From Octopus sinensis (lineage: Eukaryota): DNA of 64,000 nucleotides. Positions 62,201 to 64,000 of this stretch are shown one piece after another; within the stretch, counting starts at the first letter, position 1, and each line of letters opens with the position of its first letter. Under the pieces are notes generated by a model that was given only the letters and a program-made list of their open reading frames with translations, made no database searches and was not told the DNA's origin. Made by a program: the position numbers and the translations under genes. The DNA is taken from positions 1,116,001 to 1,180,000 of the forward strand of contig NC_043021.1 of NCBI RefSeq assembly GCF_006345805.1. The letters run 5' to 3'.

Positions 62201-64000
62201 GTCAGGGGTGTTGAATATGAAGGTATAAGCTGGTCAGTGGTAGGAAGGCAAAATGTCAGGGGAGTTGAATAGGAGGATATAAGCTGGTCAGTGGTAGGAT
62301 TGCAAAATGTCAGGGGAGTTGAATATGAGGGTATAAGCTGGTCAGTGGTAGGAAGGCAAAATGTCAGGGGAGTTGAATATGAGGGTATAAGCTGGTCAGT
62401 GGTAGGAAGGCAAAATGTCAGGGGAGTTGAATATGAGGGTATAAGCTGGTCAGTGGTAGGATGGCAAAAGGTCAGGGGAGTTGAATATGGGGGTATAAGC
62501 TGGTCAGTGGTAGGATGGCAAAACGTCAGGGGAGTGGAATATGAGGGTATAAGCTGGTCAGTGGTAGGAAGGCAAAATGTCAGGGGAGTTGAATATGATG
62601 ATATAAGCTGGTCAGTGGTAGGATGGCAAAATGTCAGGGGAGTTTAATATGAGGATATAAGCTGGTCAGTGGTAGGATGGCAAAATGTCAGTGGAGTTGA
62701 ATATGAGGATATAAGCTGGTCAGTGGTAGGATTGCAAAATGTCAGGGGAGTTGAATATGAGGATATAAGCTGGTCAGTGGTAGGATGGCAAAACGTCAGG
62801 GGAGTTGAATATGAGGGTATAAGCTGGTCAGTGGTAGGATGGCAAAATGTCAGGGGAGTGGAATATGAGGGTAATAGCTGGTCTGTGGTAGGATGGCAAA
62901 ACGTCAGGGGAGTTGAATATGAGGATATAAGCTGGTCAGTGGTAGGATGGCAAAATGTCAGGGGAGTGAATATGAGGATATAAGCTGGTCAGTGGTAGGA
63001 TGGCAAAATGTCAGGGGAGTTATGAGGATATAAGCTGGTCAGTGGTAGGATGGCAAAATGTCAGGGGAGTTGAATATGAGGGTATAAGCTGGTCAGTGGT
63101 AGGATGGCAAAATGTCAGGGGAGTGGAATATGAGGATATAAGCTGGTCAGTGGTAGGATGGCAAAACGTCAGGGGAGTTGAATATGAGGTATAAGCTGGT
63201 CAGTGGTAGGAAGGCAAAATGTCAGGGGAGTTGAATATGAGGGTATAAGCTGGTCAGTGGTAGGAAGGCAAAATGTCAGGGGAGTTGATTAGGAGGATAT
63301 AAGCTGGTCAGTGGTAGGAGGATTGCAAAATGTCAGGGGAGTTGAATATGAGGGTATAAGCTGGTCAGTGGTAGGAAGGCAAAATGTCAGGGGAGTTGAA
63401 TATGAGGGTATAAGCTGGTCAGTGGTAGGGAGGCAAAATGTCAGGGGTGTTGAATATGAAGGTATAAGCTGGTCAGTGGTAGGAAGGCAAAATGTCAGGG
63501 GAGTTGAATAGGAGGATATAAGCTGGTCAGTGGTAGGATTGCAAAATGTCAGGGGAGTTGAATATGAGGGTATAAGCTGGTCAGTGGTAGGAAGGCAAAA
63601 TGTCAGGGGAGTTGAATATGAGGGTATAAGCTGGTCAGTGGTAGGAAGGCAAAATGTCAGGGGTGTTGAATATGAGGGTATAAGCTGGTCAGTGGTAGGA
63701 TGGCAAAATGTCAGGGGAGTTGAATATGAGGGTATAAGCTGGTCAGTGGTAGGAAGGCAAAATGTCAGGGGAGTTGAATATGAGGGTATAAGCTGGTCAG
63801 TGGTAGGAAGGCAAAATGTCAGGGGAGTTGAATATGAGGGTATAAGCTGGTCAGTGGTAGGAAGGCAAAATGTCAGGGGAGTTGAATATGAGGGTATAAG
63901 CTGGTCAGTGGTAGGAAGGCAAAATGTCAGGGGAGTTGAATATGAGGATATAAGCTGGTCAGTGGTAGGATTGCAAAATGTCAGGGGAGTTGAATATGAG
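50251..64000. repeat. 54-bp satellite array, about 255 copies, continuing past the window end
   Basis: Unit GTCAGGGGAGTTGAATATGAGG(G/A)TATAAGCTGGTCAGTGGTAGGA(T/A)GGCAAAA(T/C). Confidence 0.99.

Noticed and set aside
50251-64000. CRISPR array interpretation of the 54-bp (and the 62-bp and 33-bp) repeats
   Set aside because: Units are head-to-tail with no unique spacers, there are no cas genes, and the context is eukaryotic.

Overview
Repeat-dense animal genomic DNA. The repeat families and microsatellite style look like Octopus (inference). One host gene can be reconstructed by hand on the minus strand: a GLT1D1-like GT-B glycosyltransferase with six coding exons (21105-21023, 20904-20765, 19417-19306, 16612-16561, 8904-8865, 590-432). 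All have GT-AG sites and compatible phases, and give 195 codons before the gene runs off the left edge. A probable non-coding first exon lies near 25097-25290. The ORF track misses this gene. The rest is mostly decayed transposable elements: RTE-clade LINEs carrying a PHD-type zinc finger, Penelope-like fragments, Tc1/mariner, Helitron, MITEs and tRNA-derived SINEs. There is also a 2-kb (TACA/TATA) microsatellite and a 54-bp satellite of about 255 copies from 50251 to the window end. Best leads: (1) the GLT1D1-like protein keeps motifs I recall from the bacterial selenosugar synthase SenB; (2) about nine minimal type-I hammerhead ribozyme motifs of several unrelated families, including a tRNA-headed SINE that carries a hammerhead and sits as a head-to-head palindrome, and a cluster of three at 44.4-45.1 kb; (3) a LINE whose 3' UTR is tandemly amplified six times; (4) a satellite monomer that is open on both strands and shows higher-order repeats. 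All family calls come from motif recognition, not database searches, and element boundaries are approximate unless TIRs or splice sites are quoted.
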